Origin: Promethearchaeota archaeon
Lineage (GTDB): Archaea > Asgardarchaeota > Lokiarchaeia > Sigyniarchaeales > SOKP01
Reading direction: 5' to 3'
Assembly: GCA_019057795.1 (NCBI GenBank)
Contig: JAHLWS010000069.1
Coordinates: forward strand, 1 to 64,000
DNA length: 64,000 nt
This document shows, one piece after another, positions 1 to 10,306 of this stretch. How positions within the stretch are numbered: position 1 is the first letter of the stretch; each line of letters begins with the position of its first letter. A program made the position numbers and the translations under genes. The notes beneath the pieces are model-generated. The model did no database searches. It was not told where the DNA came from and saw only the letters and a list, made by a program, of their open reading frames with translations.

Positions 1-3000
1 AATTAAAGCTAGTCGATCACGAAGACGAAGCGACTGAAGAGGACCTAAAAGAAGAGCTGGATAGAATAGATCTATTAGAGCAAGCTGTAGAATTAGAAGA
101 AATATTATTTCAGCAAGGAGAATCGCAAGAGGAGATAGATGCGAGGGTAGAAGAATCCATAGAACCGACTAAATTTGGGGAAAGCTTAAAAGAAATGATT
201 GAACCAGAACAAGAATCGATTGTAAATAAAAAGCTTAAAAAACTCGATTTAGAGATTAACGAACAAAATTCAAATGAAAATGTTGAAAATGAAGAAAATT
301 TAGAAGTATTAAAACCAGAACTAGATGCTATGGAAAGCGAATCGGACGAAGAGGAAGATGAGCGTCTTCAAGAGTTATATCGCCAAGAAACGAACAGGAG
401 ACCTATATATGCTAGAAAAAAAACAAAAAGTTATAGCCAATGGTTAGAACAACGAGAATTAGGAGCGGAAAAAATTAAAAATTCTAAAAGTGAAAGCGAA
501 AAAATAAAAGAAATTGAAGAAGAGGATTGGAAAACAACCCTTAAACAATGGATAAGAGAGGCTTCCGAAGAAGAATGCAACGCTGAGCTTAAATCCGAGT
601 TAAAAAAAGCCCTTGAGAGTTATGACGAGTTCGAGGATTTGACTCGAAAATTTTTAGAATTATATGAAAAGTCTCAACACAAAAAACTTACTGAAAAAGA
701 AGAGAATAGAATAAAATCCTTAACAGAAAGACTACAGGAGCTAGGCCCAAACCAATTAGAATTATTAGCAAATATTCGGGCTTTTAAAGATTATTTTTAT
801 AATCATTTGTGGGAAGTTATGAACAGGTTTTTTGTTATTCGAGTGCGTAGCAAATTTTTTAAGCATGTCTCGCAGAAATATAAAGAGTTAAGGAAAGAAC
901 AAAAAAACGAGAAAATTAAATATTCCCTTATAATTAAACAGGAGAATGATCTTCATAAGAGAATTTTTAAATATGGTGAATCTCTACATCAAGGGATTGT
1001 ATGTATATATTATATTTGTGAAATATTTCCAAAAAATAGAGAAATCGATAAGAAATATTTTTCTGGAAGCGAACTAAATTATATACTTAATAAACATACT
1101 CAGTTTTTTTATACTATTAATAAAAACTTAAAGGATAAAGATTTAATTCGATATTATGGCTCTATTACAAGAAAGAAGAAATCAAACGAAATGATATATA
1201 TTATTACAGAAAAAGGAATAGAATTTACAGAAGAGATAATAAAAATAAAAAGGCGAGATTTTCCAATATTATTTGATGAGCTAATTGCCACTCTTGAGAA
1301 AAGATATATTGAATATAATAAAGATTTAATTAATTCAGAAAAAAAAAATAAAATTCGATCACATGAAGATATAAATAAGGAATTAAGAAAAATTGCTAGA
1401 CATAATAATGTAGAACTGGTCGATTCATACAGATCTGATCGTTTAGATATAAATTTTCGTTGTAAAAAATGTAAAAAAGAATTTCTAGATATTTATAAAA
1501 ATATAAAAAGAAGGCAACCACCAAAATTATTCTGCCCATTCTGCTTTCCAGAATTAATAAAAAACCCTTCTATTTCTAAAAAGTTAAAAGAACAAATTAC
1601 AAAATATAGCTTGAATAAATTGGAAAGAATTATTATTAATGATTTATCAGAAGTTGAAATTTTAGAAAATATAAAAACGATTAAGGAATCTGTTTTTGAA
1701 CAAATAGAATCTCAATTATCATGTAAAAATTCTGAATTTAAAAGATTTCTAAAGAAATATATTGCTAATATTGTTTGGTTTTTAACAAAGATTAAATTAC
1801 TAAGTGAAACAAATCAAAAAATAAATATAAGCAATGTAGCAAAAGAAACTCATGATAAAAGTTTAACATCATTAAATCAATGGTATAAAATTGTAAAAGA
1901 AATAGTTAGACATTTAAGAGATATCCTTGGTTTCAGTATAAGAACAACACATCAAGATCCTTTATTAATACCAGAATCCTCACGGAATGGTATCAGGAGT
2001 TTCAAGACTTATTATAAACTAATTAAAGGCAGTGATAAAAAAGGCATAACAATTACATATTTAGATATAGATTATAAAACTGAAATCAAAATACATTATG
2101 ATGGTAAATGTCAAGGTTTAGACGAATACTGTCCCTTCAATATTGATCACAAATTCTTACCAAGTCTTAGTCATCACCATAGACTTGAAGGTTATAACAA
2201 AATTATAACAGAAAAAGACTATGAATATATACAACCTAGTAAAATTTTTAGACATTCTCTTCATAGAGCTCTTGAATTATTACAGACTCAAATAGGGGGA
2301 TTTGATTTAATGTGTATAAATTGTCATTCTATTAAACATTCAATAAGATATACTTTTCCTCCTATTTTTAATTTTCTTAAATCATTAACTTTAGAGGATA
2401 TTAAAGAAAATGTATCAGATGTTTTCAATGAAGTAAATATTTTAGCAAATAAATTTCTTGAGCAAAATAAAGAAAGATATAGGATAACCAAAAATAACAC
2501 TATAGCAAAAATAAAAATTGATATAAAAAGATCAATAATAGGATTCGTAAAGAAGAAATATGTAATTGAATATCTATTTGGAGCAAATTATATATGTCCA
2601 GTTTGCCAAAAAGCTAATATTAATGACCACCTCACTTGTTTTGAAGCACATCATACTAACTTAGACTTATTTGAAAAAATTGAAAAAATAGAGTTTGGAA
2701 AGGAATATAAACGCAAACCTATCCCTTGGCTGATTAAGAACTTAATTATACAAGAATGCATCTATCTTTGCTCAAATTGTCATGCAATGATTAAAGCAAC
2801 AATTTATCGAGATTATATTCTCATTATTTTAGAAAACCAAAAAGAAGCTTTCTTTGTTAACAATTTCTATAAACTTTTAGATACACAAATAGCAGTAAAA
2901 AGAAATATAATTTTACAATGGAAAATTCAATTAAAAGATAGAAGTTTAAATTTTGCAAATCCCCTTCGATTAATATTTAAAATGGGAGAAGCTTTAGACC

Positions 3001-3326
3001 AAAAAGTAGTATGTATTTATTATATCTGTGAAGAATTTTCCAGAGATACAAAAAAGCATTTCTTTACTGCCAGTGTTCTTAATTTTATTCTCAATAAATT
3101 TCATACTCATTTTAATAATTATAAAAACCAATTAATCAGTGATGGTTATATACAGTATGTAAAAGGAAGACATCAGTTTAATCAAAAATTTTTTGCAATC
3201 ACTCCTAAAGGTATAGAAAAAGCTAAAGAGATAATTAAAAAAAAAAAAAATGAATTTTCTGAAGAATTTAATATGTTAATTCTTGCTTGGAAAGACCGTT
3301 ATATTGAATATCACAATTCTTCATAA
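1..3326 (+). CDS. Large multidomain protein (5' truncated by window): acidic coiled-coil N-terminus, two related winged-helix-like repeats, Zn ribbon, two HNH-type nuclease domains
   Basis: Frame is open from position 3 to the ATG at 195 (LKLVDHEDEATEED...). Repeat IFKxGExLxQxxVCIYYICE...ITxKGIE...RYIEY at about 963-1320 and 2973-3323; CKKC...CPFC ribbon; HNH-like C..C/HH/CxNCH units at about 2095-2340 and 2570-2790. Confidence 0.75.
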   Translation, partial: LKLVDHEDEATEEDLKEELDRIDLLEQAVELEEILFQQGESQEEIDARVEESIEPTKFGESLKEMIEPEQESIVNKKLKKLDLEINEQNSNENVENEENLEVLKPELDAMESESDEEEDERLQELYRQETNRRPIYARKKTKSYSQWLEQRELGAEKIKNSKSESEKIKEIEEEDWKTTLKQWIREASEEECNAELKSELKKALESYDEFEDLTRKFLELYEKSQHKKLTEKEENRIKSLTERLQELGPNQLELLANIRAFKDYFYNHLWEVMNRFFVIRVRSKFFKHVSQKYKELRKEQKNEKIKYSLIIKQENDLHKRIFKYGESLHQGIVCIYYICEIFPKNREIDKKYFSGSELNYILNKHTQFFYTINKNLKDKDLIRYYGSITRKKKSNEMIYIITEKGIEFTEEIIKIKRRDFPILFDELIATLEKRYIEYNKDLINSEKKNKIRSHEDINKELRKIARHNNVELVDSYRSDRLDINFRCKKCKKEFLDIYKNIKRRQPPKLFCPFCFPELIKNPSISKKLKEQITKYSLNKLERIIINDLSEVEILENIKTIKESVFEQIESQLSCKNSEFKRFLKKYIANIVWFLTKIKLLSETNQKINISNVAKETHDKSLTSLNQWYKIVKEIVRHLRDILGFSIRTTHQDPLLIPESSRNGIRSFKTYYKLIKGSDKKGITITYLDIDYKTEIKIHYDGKCQGLDEYCPFNIDHKFLPSLSHHHRLEGYNKIITEKDYEYIQPSKIFRHSLHRALELLQTQIGGFDLMCINCHSIKHSIRYTFPPIFNFLKSLTLEDIKENVSDVFNEVNILANKFLEQNKERYRITKNNTIAKIKIDIKRSIIGFVKKKYVIEYLFGANYICPVCQKANINDHLTCFEAHHTNLDLFEKIEKIEFGKEYKRKPIPWLIKNLIIQECIYLCSNCHAMIKATIYRDYILIILENQKEAFFVNNFYKLLDTQIAVKRNIILQWKIQLKDRSLNFANPLRLIFKMGEALDQKVVCIYYICEEFSRDTKKHFFTASVLNFILNKFHTHFNNYKNQLISDGYIQYVKGRHQFNQKFFAITPKGIEKAKEIIKKKKNEFSEEFNMLILAWKDRYIEYHNSS

Positions 3327-3343
3327 AAAACATTTTTACTTAA

Positions 3344-4135
3344 TCACTTAAATATTTCATACATTGGAGGCATTTTCCTTTTATGCTCTGCTAATCTCAT
3401 CATTTTCTTAACTTTCTTAACATTCTCCTGATTTAATTCACTTAAGTCAAGACCATATTCCATCCTATATAGAATCTCATCTATAGTATCGTATAATAAC
3501 CCAATTTCTCCTTCATCTGTCTGTCCAATCCACAACCCCGGGGAGGGCGGTTTCAAGATTATTTTTTCAGGAATTTTTAGATTTTCTGCTAATTTTCGGA
3601 CTTCACATTTGTAAAGTGCACCAATTGGTTCAAAGTCTACTCCACTCTAGTGTAGGAATTCGTTTATAATACCTAAATCACCATATTTGGTAAAATACCC
3701 AATTGCATGCTCTGCACGATTGCCTGTACCCGCAACCAAACAATTTCCCTTTGACTGACCATGAAAATACAGGGTTATCATTCGTAATCTGGGTTTTAAG
3801 TTAGCAGATGCCATTTTATTAGTCTTAACTATTGGTTCCATAACTTCTAAGAATTTGTTATATACTGAAGTTAAGTCTATTATTTTAAAGTCGATATCCA
3901 AAACTTTCGCTATTAATTTTGCATCTTCAAGATCTTGAGATACTGATTCACAAGGTAAACCCAATCCAATAACATTTTCTTTGCCAAGTGCATTTGAGCA
4001 TAATGCGGCTGTAACTGCGCTGTCAATTCCACCACTGAGCCCTAGTACAACACTCTCGGCATTAGCAGCCATAACATAGTTCTTAATCCAATTTTGAATG
4101 TCAACAGCTAACTTTTTATAGTCGAGTTTGCGCAT
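3344..4135 (-). CDS. nadE: NH3-dependent NAD+ synthetase, split by a predicted 30-nt BHB intron (exons 4135-3677 and 3646-3344; 253 aa spliced)
   Basis: GLSGGIDS, NLKPRLRM, GYFTKYGD in the 5' part; VDFEPIGALYKCEVR and PPSPGLWIGQTDE in the same frame after the in-frame TAG at 3647-3649. Confidence 0.93.
3647..3676 (-). other. Predicted bulge-helix-bulge (BHB) mRNA intron, UUAGGUAUUAUAAACGAAUUCCUACACUAG
   Basis: Central helix GGUG/CACU, 3-nt bulges AUU and AGA, intron stem UAGG-U-AUU/AAU-U-CCUA, exon pairing UAU/GUG plus UUUAC/GUAGA. Cuts at AU^U and AG^A remove exactly 30 nt including the stop. Confidence 0.85.
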
Positions 4136-4293
4136 AATGTATAATAATCTTCTTTTTATTTAAAACTCATTTAAAAAGCTATTTAAAAGAAAAGATTCAA
4201 ATAATATTTATTAGATCATAAAATTAAAAGAAAAATCTTAATTATCAACTTATATATAATAAAATTTATAGAATTTGAGAAAACTGATTTAGT

Positions 4294-4707
4294 ATGAATG
4301 ACTTCATAACAATTGTTAATTCTTCGTTTGATAATGGTATTCCGTTCTGGATTTATACCAGCGATTATATTTTTGGTATGGTGCCTGTAGATGCAAGTGG
4401 AGCTCGCTGGAAAGAGATATCATACACTTTTGAAGAACCCGATAATCCTCTTTTTATCACAGAGAGAGCTGCCGATTTATCCTTTCAATTTTTGCTTGAA
4501 GAAGTTGAAAAAGGCGTATCCTTTTATGTTGACGACTTAAAAGTACCCATGATAAAGGAATTTGCCAAAACACTCGAAGGAAAACCTGGTCCCGAAAAAA
4601 TGAACGCTATTATATCTGAATTAATCAATAACTCATCAAAATATTCCTCAAAATTTCCAATCATAAAAAACAAAGATGAACTTAACTCTTTAACAAGTAA
4701 AATTTAA
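4294..4707 (+). CDS. Hypothetical protein
   Basis: 137-aa ORF, protein-like composition, divergent from nadE. Confidence 0.7.
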   Translation: MNDFITIVNSSFDNGIPFWIYTSDYIFGMVPVDASGARWKEISYTFEEPDNPLFITERAADLSFQFLLEEVEKGVSFYVDDLKVPMIKEFAKTLEGKPGPEKMNAIISELINNSSKYSSKFPIIKNKDELNSLTSKI

Positions 4708-4763
4708 GTTTTTCTGAATTTCTTATATTACTCTTCCTGAATCTTCAAAAAAAGTTCAATCCT

Positions 4764-5261
4764 TTAGATGTACAAATTCTTTCTTAGAGGATGTTTCTTT
4801 GTGAATTCCTCGTCAATTCTTTTCGCCATTTGATATTCTAAATTCGAATCTCGTTCGCCAACGATTTTTTTTAAGTAATTTCCATGTTGTTGCGAGTATT
4901 TTTCGATCCCCGCTGCAACGATATTTTTACCTTTTTTTATGGGAACGACCATCCCAAAAAGACGAAACATTTCATCAGGTGATAAGGATTTTCCTTTTCC
5001 CACTTCTTCCTCGATATCTCTATCAATATTTCGAACAATGGTACCCATAGTTAACGAGGAATAAGGACTGAGCATTTTAGATTTTAACCAATACGCATTG
5101 GGTTTTTTTGTTATAAAAGTATCTGTATTTCCCTGGTCGTCTTTTGATCCTATAACTCTCCAATCGTTAGGGTCCTTATCGTACTCCTTTTTCAATTTTT
5201 TTATTATTGGCTTGATTGGAGCGATTCCATGGTAATCTTCTTCATCTTCGTAATTCGTCAT
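4764..5261 (-). CDS. Hypothetical protein
   Basis: 165-aa ORF with ATG start; no family recognised. Confidence 0.7.
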   Translation of the reverse strand: MTNYEDEEDYHGIAPIKPIIKKLKKEYDKDPNDWRVIGSKDDQGNTDTFITKKPNAYWLKSKMLSPYSSLTMGTIVRNIDRDIEEEVGKGKSLSPDEMFRLFGMVVPIKKGKNIVAAGIEKYSQQHGNYLKKIVGERDSNLEYQMAKRIDEEFTKKHPLRKNLYI

Positions 5262-5440
5262 ACTTCTAATTATAATAAATAAATGTAACTATAAAAATAT
5301 AAAGAACCTTCTAATTAACTTATTTTGAAGAAATATTCCAGATTGAATACGAAAATGAATTCTTTGATTTCATAATTTCTGAAGATTGGTCAGATAATCA
5401 GGTTAAAATCCAAATCATAAAGAAATAAATAGGTGAAGGT

Positions 5441-8400
5441 CTATTTATAGACTTCCTTAAACATTTTTAATTGTGATTTAATAAGGCTTATTATCAGTTC
5501 CTTTTCCTCTTCAGTGATTTTATAAATTTTAAAGATGAAATCATCTATTTCTTTAATTAAATTATTTATCTCATTATTAATTGTCCCATTATTTGAAATA
5601 AATAAGTTATTAAGTAAATCCACTTTACTTGCTATAGTTTTTACTATAGTTTTATTTGGTTTTTTAACAGGTAAGTGCCGAATCATATATTGATTAAGAT
5701 TAATTGTGGTGTCTTTTTGATTATTAATTCCATACATGCAATAAAACTGTATCAATAAAGAATTATAGAGAGCTGATAAATATTTCAATAAATCTTTATC
5801 ATTATGAAGTAAAGAATAGATTGATGAAGTAAAACACATATTGTCTTCAGTATAATACGTTTCAGGAACGATACTATTATGTTTTATGAGTAATTTAGGA
5901 TCTTTATAATACTCATAATTGTTTCCTTTTAGAATAGAAGGTTTAATCTTATCAATGTCAAAAGATTTATTTTTATCGATATAATAATATGTGAAATCAT
6001 CTCTTGCATATACAAATGTGCACGCTTGGGAATTGTCTCCTTTTAATATTGCCTTAATTTTTATTAATCCTTTATCTTCTTCTCCTCGAACCATCTTAGG
6101 AAAATCAACTGTATTTAAAAAATTAAGATCTCCATTTTTTTCAATTTTGGTAATTATTGGATATATATCATCTGTTAATTTAATTCTAATTCTATTCAAT
6201 GATACCGTCTTAACATCACACTTCGGACACTTATTTTTAAATGTATAATAGCAAAAACTTGCATTTCCATTATAATAAGAACATTTTGAATTTTTACAGA
6301 TTTTTAAACCATCTACTTGTTTATCTGCTTTTTTACCATTTAATACATATTCAATTCTGAGTTGACTGTCAAAAAGATCTTTTATTCGCAATTTTTCAGA
6401 ATACCCATGATTCGTATTAAAGAAAAGAATTTGAACCTCATTTGTTGCCCCTGGAAATTGTTTTGATCCAATATCTGTTATTTCATAAGGACCAATCTCC
6501 AAAAGTAATTCGTTTCTTACTTCAATATACTTTTGCCTAAGGAGGTATGATTTTGGTGTTAAAATTCCTGCATATTGAAAAGGAATTTCTTTTCTAGCAA
6601 GCTTTAATAAGAAATTTAAGTAAATATCTTCGGTTATATCATTTTTTAAGATTGATTTACCCATCTTACTTAGAATATTTCCATAAGGTGGATTTGCTAT
6701 TATTATATCAAAACCTTTTGTATTGAAGAAATCAGAAAATTCCATAGACCAATGAAAAGGTTTAAGACTCTCAAGTTGTGCTAAATTAATTAAGAACTTT
6801 AAATTTATATTTTGAATTTTGTTTATTCCAATAGCATTTATAATTTTTGTACATATTTCTTTTGGATTCTGTTCTTGAAAAACATCAGTGTCTTCGGGCT
6901 TAAAAACACGATATGATAAGGATACTGAATTACTTCTAAAACTAATACCTCTTATATTTTTACTGTTTTTATCTAATTTTAAATCTTTCTTCTTTGTATC
7001 GATGAGATTAATCTCTTGTCCTTCCTTTAATCGTATTAATATTGAAAATATATTGCTAAAGTCTGTAGTTTCGACAGCTTTAGGTTTAATATCAATTTCT
7101 CTACCTAATATTTTATTCTCTTGATATTCTTCTAATAGTATCTGATTAAAATTTGTTGTATATTCTTCAGTTAAATCTCTTAACTCTGTTCTAAGTGTAA
7201 TTTTTTTAGTTCCATTCTTTTCTTGATAATAAGATTTTATCTTGTTATTCCTTTCTACTAACATTTGGCTTAAAGATTCCTTTTCTTTTCCTACCCATTC
7301 ACTAAGGGGCGCAAACTTTACTTCTTTTTTTGTTATCTTATCTAACCATCCAATGCTCTTAATCCCTTTTGTATAACCAAACAGACTGTTACCTTCTCTA
7401 ATGTTATACTCAATGTTAGGTAGAGGTGATAATTCTATATCAATAGTGTCTAAATTAGGGGGAGGTTGGACAATCCATAACCATAACCTTAGTTCACAAA
7501 TTTCGATTGCAGAGGAATTTATATCTACACCATATAAGTTATTTTGCACTATGTAAGTTTTTAAATCTACTAGATTTTTAAAGGGTCTTTTGTCCCCTTC
7601 GATTTCCTCTACTGATTGATATTTCAATTCATCTAATTTTAGACTTTTTATAAAGAAATAATAATATTCAAGGAGTAAGTTAGCAGAACTGACTAAAAAA
7701 GCACCGGAGCCAACTGCAGGGTCACAAATCTTAATTTTTTTGAGTAATTTAATTACATAATCATAAATTTTAGCCTTGATCCCTATATCATACATTCTTA
7801 TTTCTCGTATGGTTCGTAATTCCCAAGGGATATCACTCTTAAATTTATTATTTATTTTATCTACTACAAAAACCTCTAATGTATTTCGTGATATGTAATT
7901 TGTTATAGTAACTCTGGTGTAATAAGTTCCAGTCGGTTTTCTCACATCACCTATGGATTTTTCAAATATATAACCTAAGATACTAGGGTTGATAATATTC
8001 TTTTTATTTTCGCTTACTTCCTCTTCACCATTCTCTTCGCTAATAGTAAAATCGTAAGCTTTTAATAAAGCCCAAATTACTTTTATTGCCTCAGAATTCA
8101 GAGAAATGTTAGGATTTTTAATTTCTATTTCCGAGAGTCTAAATAATCCTCCATTTAAATAAGGTAAATTTTTAAACTTTTCTAAAACATCGATTCTCTC
8201 ACCTTCGTTATTTAAAACTTCAAAGAATAAATCCTTAAGGCATTTGAAATAATTTCTTTCTTCTTCCTCATTAAATATCTCTTGAATAGGGTCTAAGGGT
8301 AACAATTTCCAGTCTAATAAGATCTTTATAAACAACATACGAAAGAAAATTGTTCTATAATAGGTAGTTTGCATGTCACTAAGTTCCTCCCCAGATTGAA

Positions 8401-9106
8401 TTGTTAGATTTCTTATATTAATTGTTGTATCGTTGGGATCCAAGAGCTTATTAAGTTTTGCACTGAATAAATTGTAAAATTTCTTTGTAATTATTTCGCC
8501 TTTTTCTTCTTCTAAATAGGATCTTTCCTTTCCTAATGCAATATCACGTATTATTTCTAAAACTTCTGAAGGTTCCTTTCTGTTTGGTTTCATTTGATGA
8601 GTAGATTCGTCATATTTTAGAATATACCACTCATTAAAATTAGTAATGATCGCATTATATTCCTGTTCTAAACCTATAAACTCATGGAACCATTTTTGAG
8701 CTTGTTCTATACCCTCTTCATCTCCTGCTTTGTCAAGTGGTTTATTAAGACTTTCAATTTCAAATAATAAGGATTTCCCCTCCCCTTTATTAAAAATTCC
8801 AAAATCCGGATATTTATTTAAACTTTTACCTGTGAATGAAATTGATTTTAACCTTACTTGAGGAACAATATATTCATCTTCAATTCCAATGTTGTTAAGA
8901 AGTTTAGTTATAAATTGAGAGGTAATTGCTTCAGGCAAACTTCCTGCGGTTAAAGGGAGTGCTTTTAAATGGCTCGATTTTAATACTAACCTTGGTTTCT
9001 TTGTTTTATCAAATAAATGATTCTTAATTTTATTATCAGCAATGAGATTTTCGAACTGTTGTTTTACTAATTTAAAAATTTTTTTAAAATCCATTTCAAT
9101 TATCAA
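5441..9106 (-). CDS. Type IIG (Eco57I-like) fused restriction endonuclease / N6-adenine DNA methyltransferase
   Basis: N-terminal PD...E-x-E nuclease-like region; YLNGGLF, ILGYIFE, GTYYT, DPAVGSGAF (motif I), GVDIN, GNSL, FDIIIANPPY (motif IV); TaqI_C-like C-terminus. Confidence 0.88.
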   Translation of the reverse strand: MIIEMDFKKIFKLVKQQFENLIADNKIKNHLFDKTKKPRLVLKSSHLKALPLTAGSLPEAITSQFITKLLNNIGIEDEYIVPQVRLKSISFTGKSLNKYPDFGIFNKGEGKSLLFEIESLNKPLDKAGDEEGIEQAQKWFHEFIGLEQEYNAIITNFNEWYILKYDESTHQMKPNRKEPSEVLEIIRDIALGKERSYLEEEKGEIITKKFYNLFSAKLNKLLDPNDTTINIRNLTIQSGEELSDMQTTYYRTIFFRMLFIKILLDWKLLPLDPIQEIFNEEEERNYFKCLKDLFFEVLNNEGERIDVLEKFKNLPYLNGGLFRLSEIEIKNPNISLNSEAIKVIWALLKAYDFTISEENGEEEVSENKKNIINPSILGYIFEKSIGDVRKPTGTYYTRVTITNYISRNTLEVFVVDKINNKFKSDIPWELRTIREIRMYDIGIKAKIYDYVIKLLKKIKICDPAVGSGAFLVSSANLLLEYYYFFIKSLKLDELKYQSVEEIEGDKRPFKNLVDLKTYIVQNNLYGVDINSSAIEICELRLWLWIVQPPPNLDTIDIELSPLPNIEYNIREGNSLFGYTKGIKSIGWLDKITKKEVKFAPLSEWVGKEKESLSQMLVERNNKIKSYYQEKNGTKKITLRTELRDLTEEYTTNFNQILLEEYQENKILGREIDIKPKAVETTDFSNIFSILIRLKEGQEINLIDTKKKDLKLDKNSKNIRGISFRSNSVSLSYRVFKPEDTDVFQEQNPKEICTKIINAIGINKIQNINLKFLINLAQLESLKPFHWSMEFSDFFNTKGFDIIIANPPYGNILSKMGKSILKNDITEDIYLNFLLKLARKEIPFQYAGILTPKSYLLRQKYIEVRNELLLEIGPYEITDIGSKQFPGATNEVQILFFNTNHGYSEKLRIKDLFDSQLRIEYVLNGKKADKQVDGLKICKNSKCSYYNGNASFCYYTFKNKCPKCDVKTVSLNRIRIKLTDDIYPIITKIEKNGDLNFLNTVDFPKMVRGEEDKGLIKIKAILKGDNSQACTFVYARDDFTYYYIDKNKSFDIDKIKPSILKGNNYEYYKDPKLLIKHNSIVPETYYTEDNMCFTSSIYSLLHNDKDLLKYLSALYNSLLIQFYCMYGINNQKDTTINLNQYMIRHLPVKKPNKTIVKTIASKVDLLNNLFISNNGTINNEINNLIKEIDDFIFKIYKITEEEKELIISLIKSQLKMFKEVYK

Positions 9107-9247
9107 TAGATAATGTGATTTAAATTATTATATATTTTTTATTTGGGTATTAATTTCATCAAATGCAGGATAAGAATGTTTTATTATCAACTTACTAATA
9201 TTCAATTTTGAGTTAGAATATATGGAAATCCAATATTTTCCTAATCC

Positions 9248-10168
9248 CTAATTTTTAGACGAGTTTTCATTCTTCCCTCGTTCAAGTATGTTTAATGATT
9301 CTTCCCTATTGTAACAATCAATTGGTCTCGAAATTCCATATTTATACTTTCTGATGTAATCTTCCTTTTTCCATCTCTCAATGTTACCAACAAGGTTGGG
9401 TAAAATCTCATCAATTCTCCTAAAGTTTGAGAAAAATACGATATAATAAAGCGGTGTATTAGAATTCAAACTTTTAACTAATACAGAGTACGAATGAATA
9501 TAATAGGGTTTGAAACTCTCTAAAAATGTTATAAACAAATTTTTTCTCCGTTCATCGGGAGTTTTACCTTTTTGATAAGCTTTCTTCCAATTATCATTAC
9601 CAAAAAACCTGGTATTAATTTCACATCTTGATTGATTATGTTTATCTATATAGCCACAATTCTTTGTAATGCTATATAGCGGAAAATTAATAAGCATTTC
9701 AGGACGCATGATTTCTTTTGTTTGTTTATAGATATATTTATAATCAATTATTCTCTGAATTGTTTCAAAAGATATTTGTGACGCATTATCTGGGTCCAGA
9801 TAAAAAAGACTATGATAATAAGATGGAACTTTTTCTAATATTGCTTCAATATTCTCATTAGCATCTGAATTAAATACTTCAATGATTTGTTGCGGATATT
9901 TTTTATTGAGATTTTTCACATTTTCTACAACTGATTCGGAAATATCATTAAAAACACATTTAACTTTTTTTTTTAATGCTATTAAAGGAGAACCATCAAT
10001 GTAATTGTTCCCTTCAAACTGGATTCGAGGTTCCCCACAAAAGAGATCTACTAGAGTAAACCTTTTATAATTATCTTTTATATGATGACTTGCGCATATC
10101 TGGACATAATGTTTGTAAAACCTGAGTTTTATTCTGCTATGGTGTTTCCAAATTCTAGATTCTGACAT
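9248..10168 (-). CDS. tcmP: Three-Cys-motif partner protein (TcmP / GMT-like methyltransferase fold)
   Basis: W..HS..K...Y..Y start, VDLFCG, DGSPLIAL, DANE, LFYLDP, EMLINFP, PLYYIVF motifs. Confidence 0.75.
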   Translation of the reverse strand: MSESRIWKHHSRIKLRFYKHYVQICASHHIKDNYKRFTLVDLFCGEPRIQFEGNNYIDGSPLIALKKKVKCVFNDISESVVENVKNLNKKYPQQIIEVFNSDANENIEAILEKVPSYYHSLFYLDPDNASQISFETIQRIIDYKYIYKQTKEIMRPEMLINFPLYSITKNCGYIDKHNQSRCEINTRFFGNDNWKKAYQKGKTPDERRKNLFITFLESFKPYYIHSYSVLVKSLNSNTPLYYIVFFSNFRRIDEILPNLVGNIERWKKEDYIRKYKYGISRPIDCYNREESLNILERGKNENSSKN

Positions 10169-10306
10169 TTCTGAAAAAATTTAATCTAATAATGCTTATA
10201 AATAAAATTGTTTAAGGTTTAATTGTGCCGACAAAAAATTGAAGAGTGAGACTTCATTAAAAAGATGGAAATCACAATTAATTTTAAAGTTACCAACAGT
10301 GAAAAA

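Noticed and set aside
3647-3649. Pyrrolysine/amber readthrough or simple pseudogene explanation for nadE
   Set aside because: Readthrough would leave a 10-aa insertion in a conserved active-site motif and no pyl genes are in the window. Both halves are otherwise intact, and the BHB predicts the exact repair.
3647-3672. GT...AG spliceosomal-like intron in nadE
   Set aside because: Removing GTATT...CTAG takes out 26 nt and causes a frameshift; only the BHB cut sites restore the frame.
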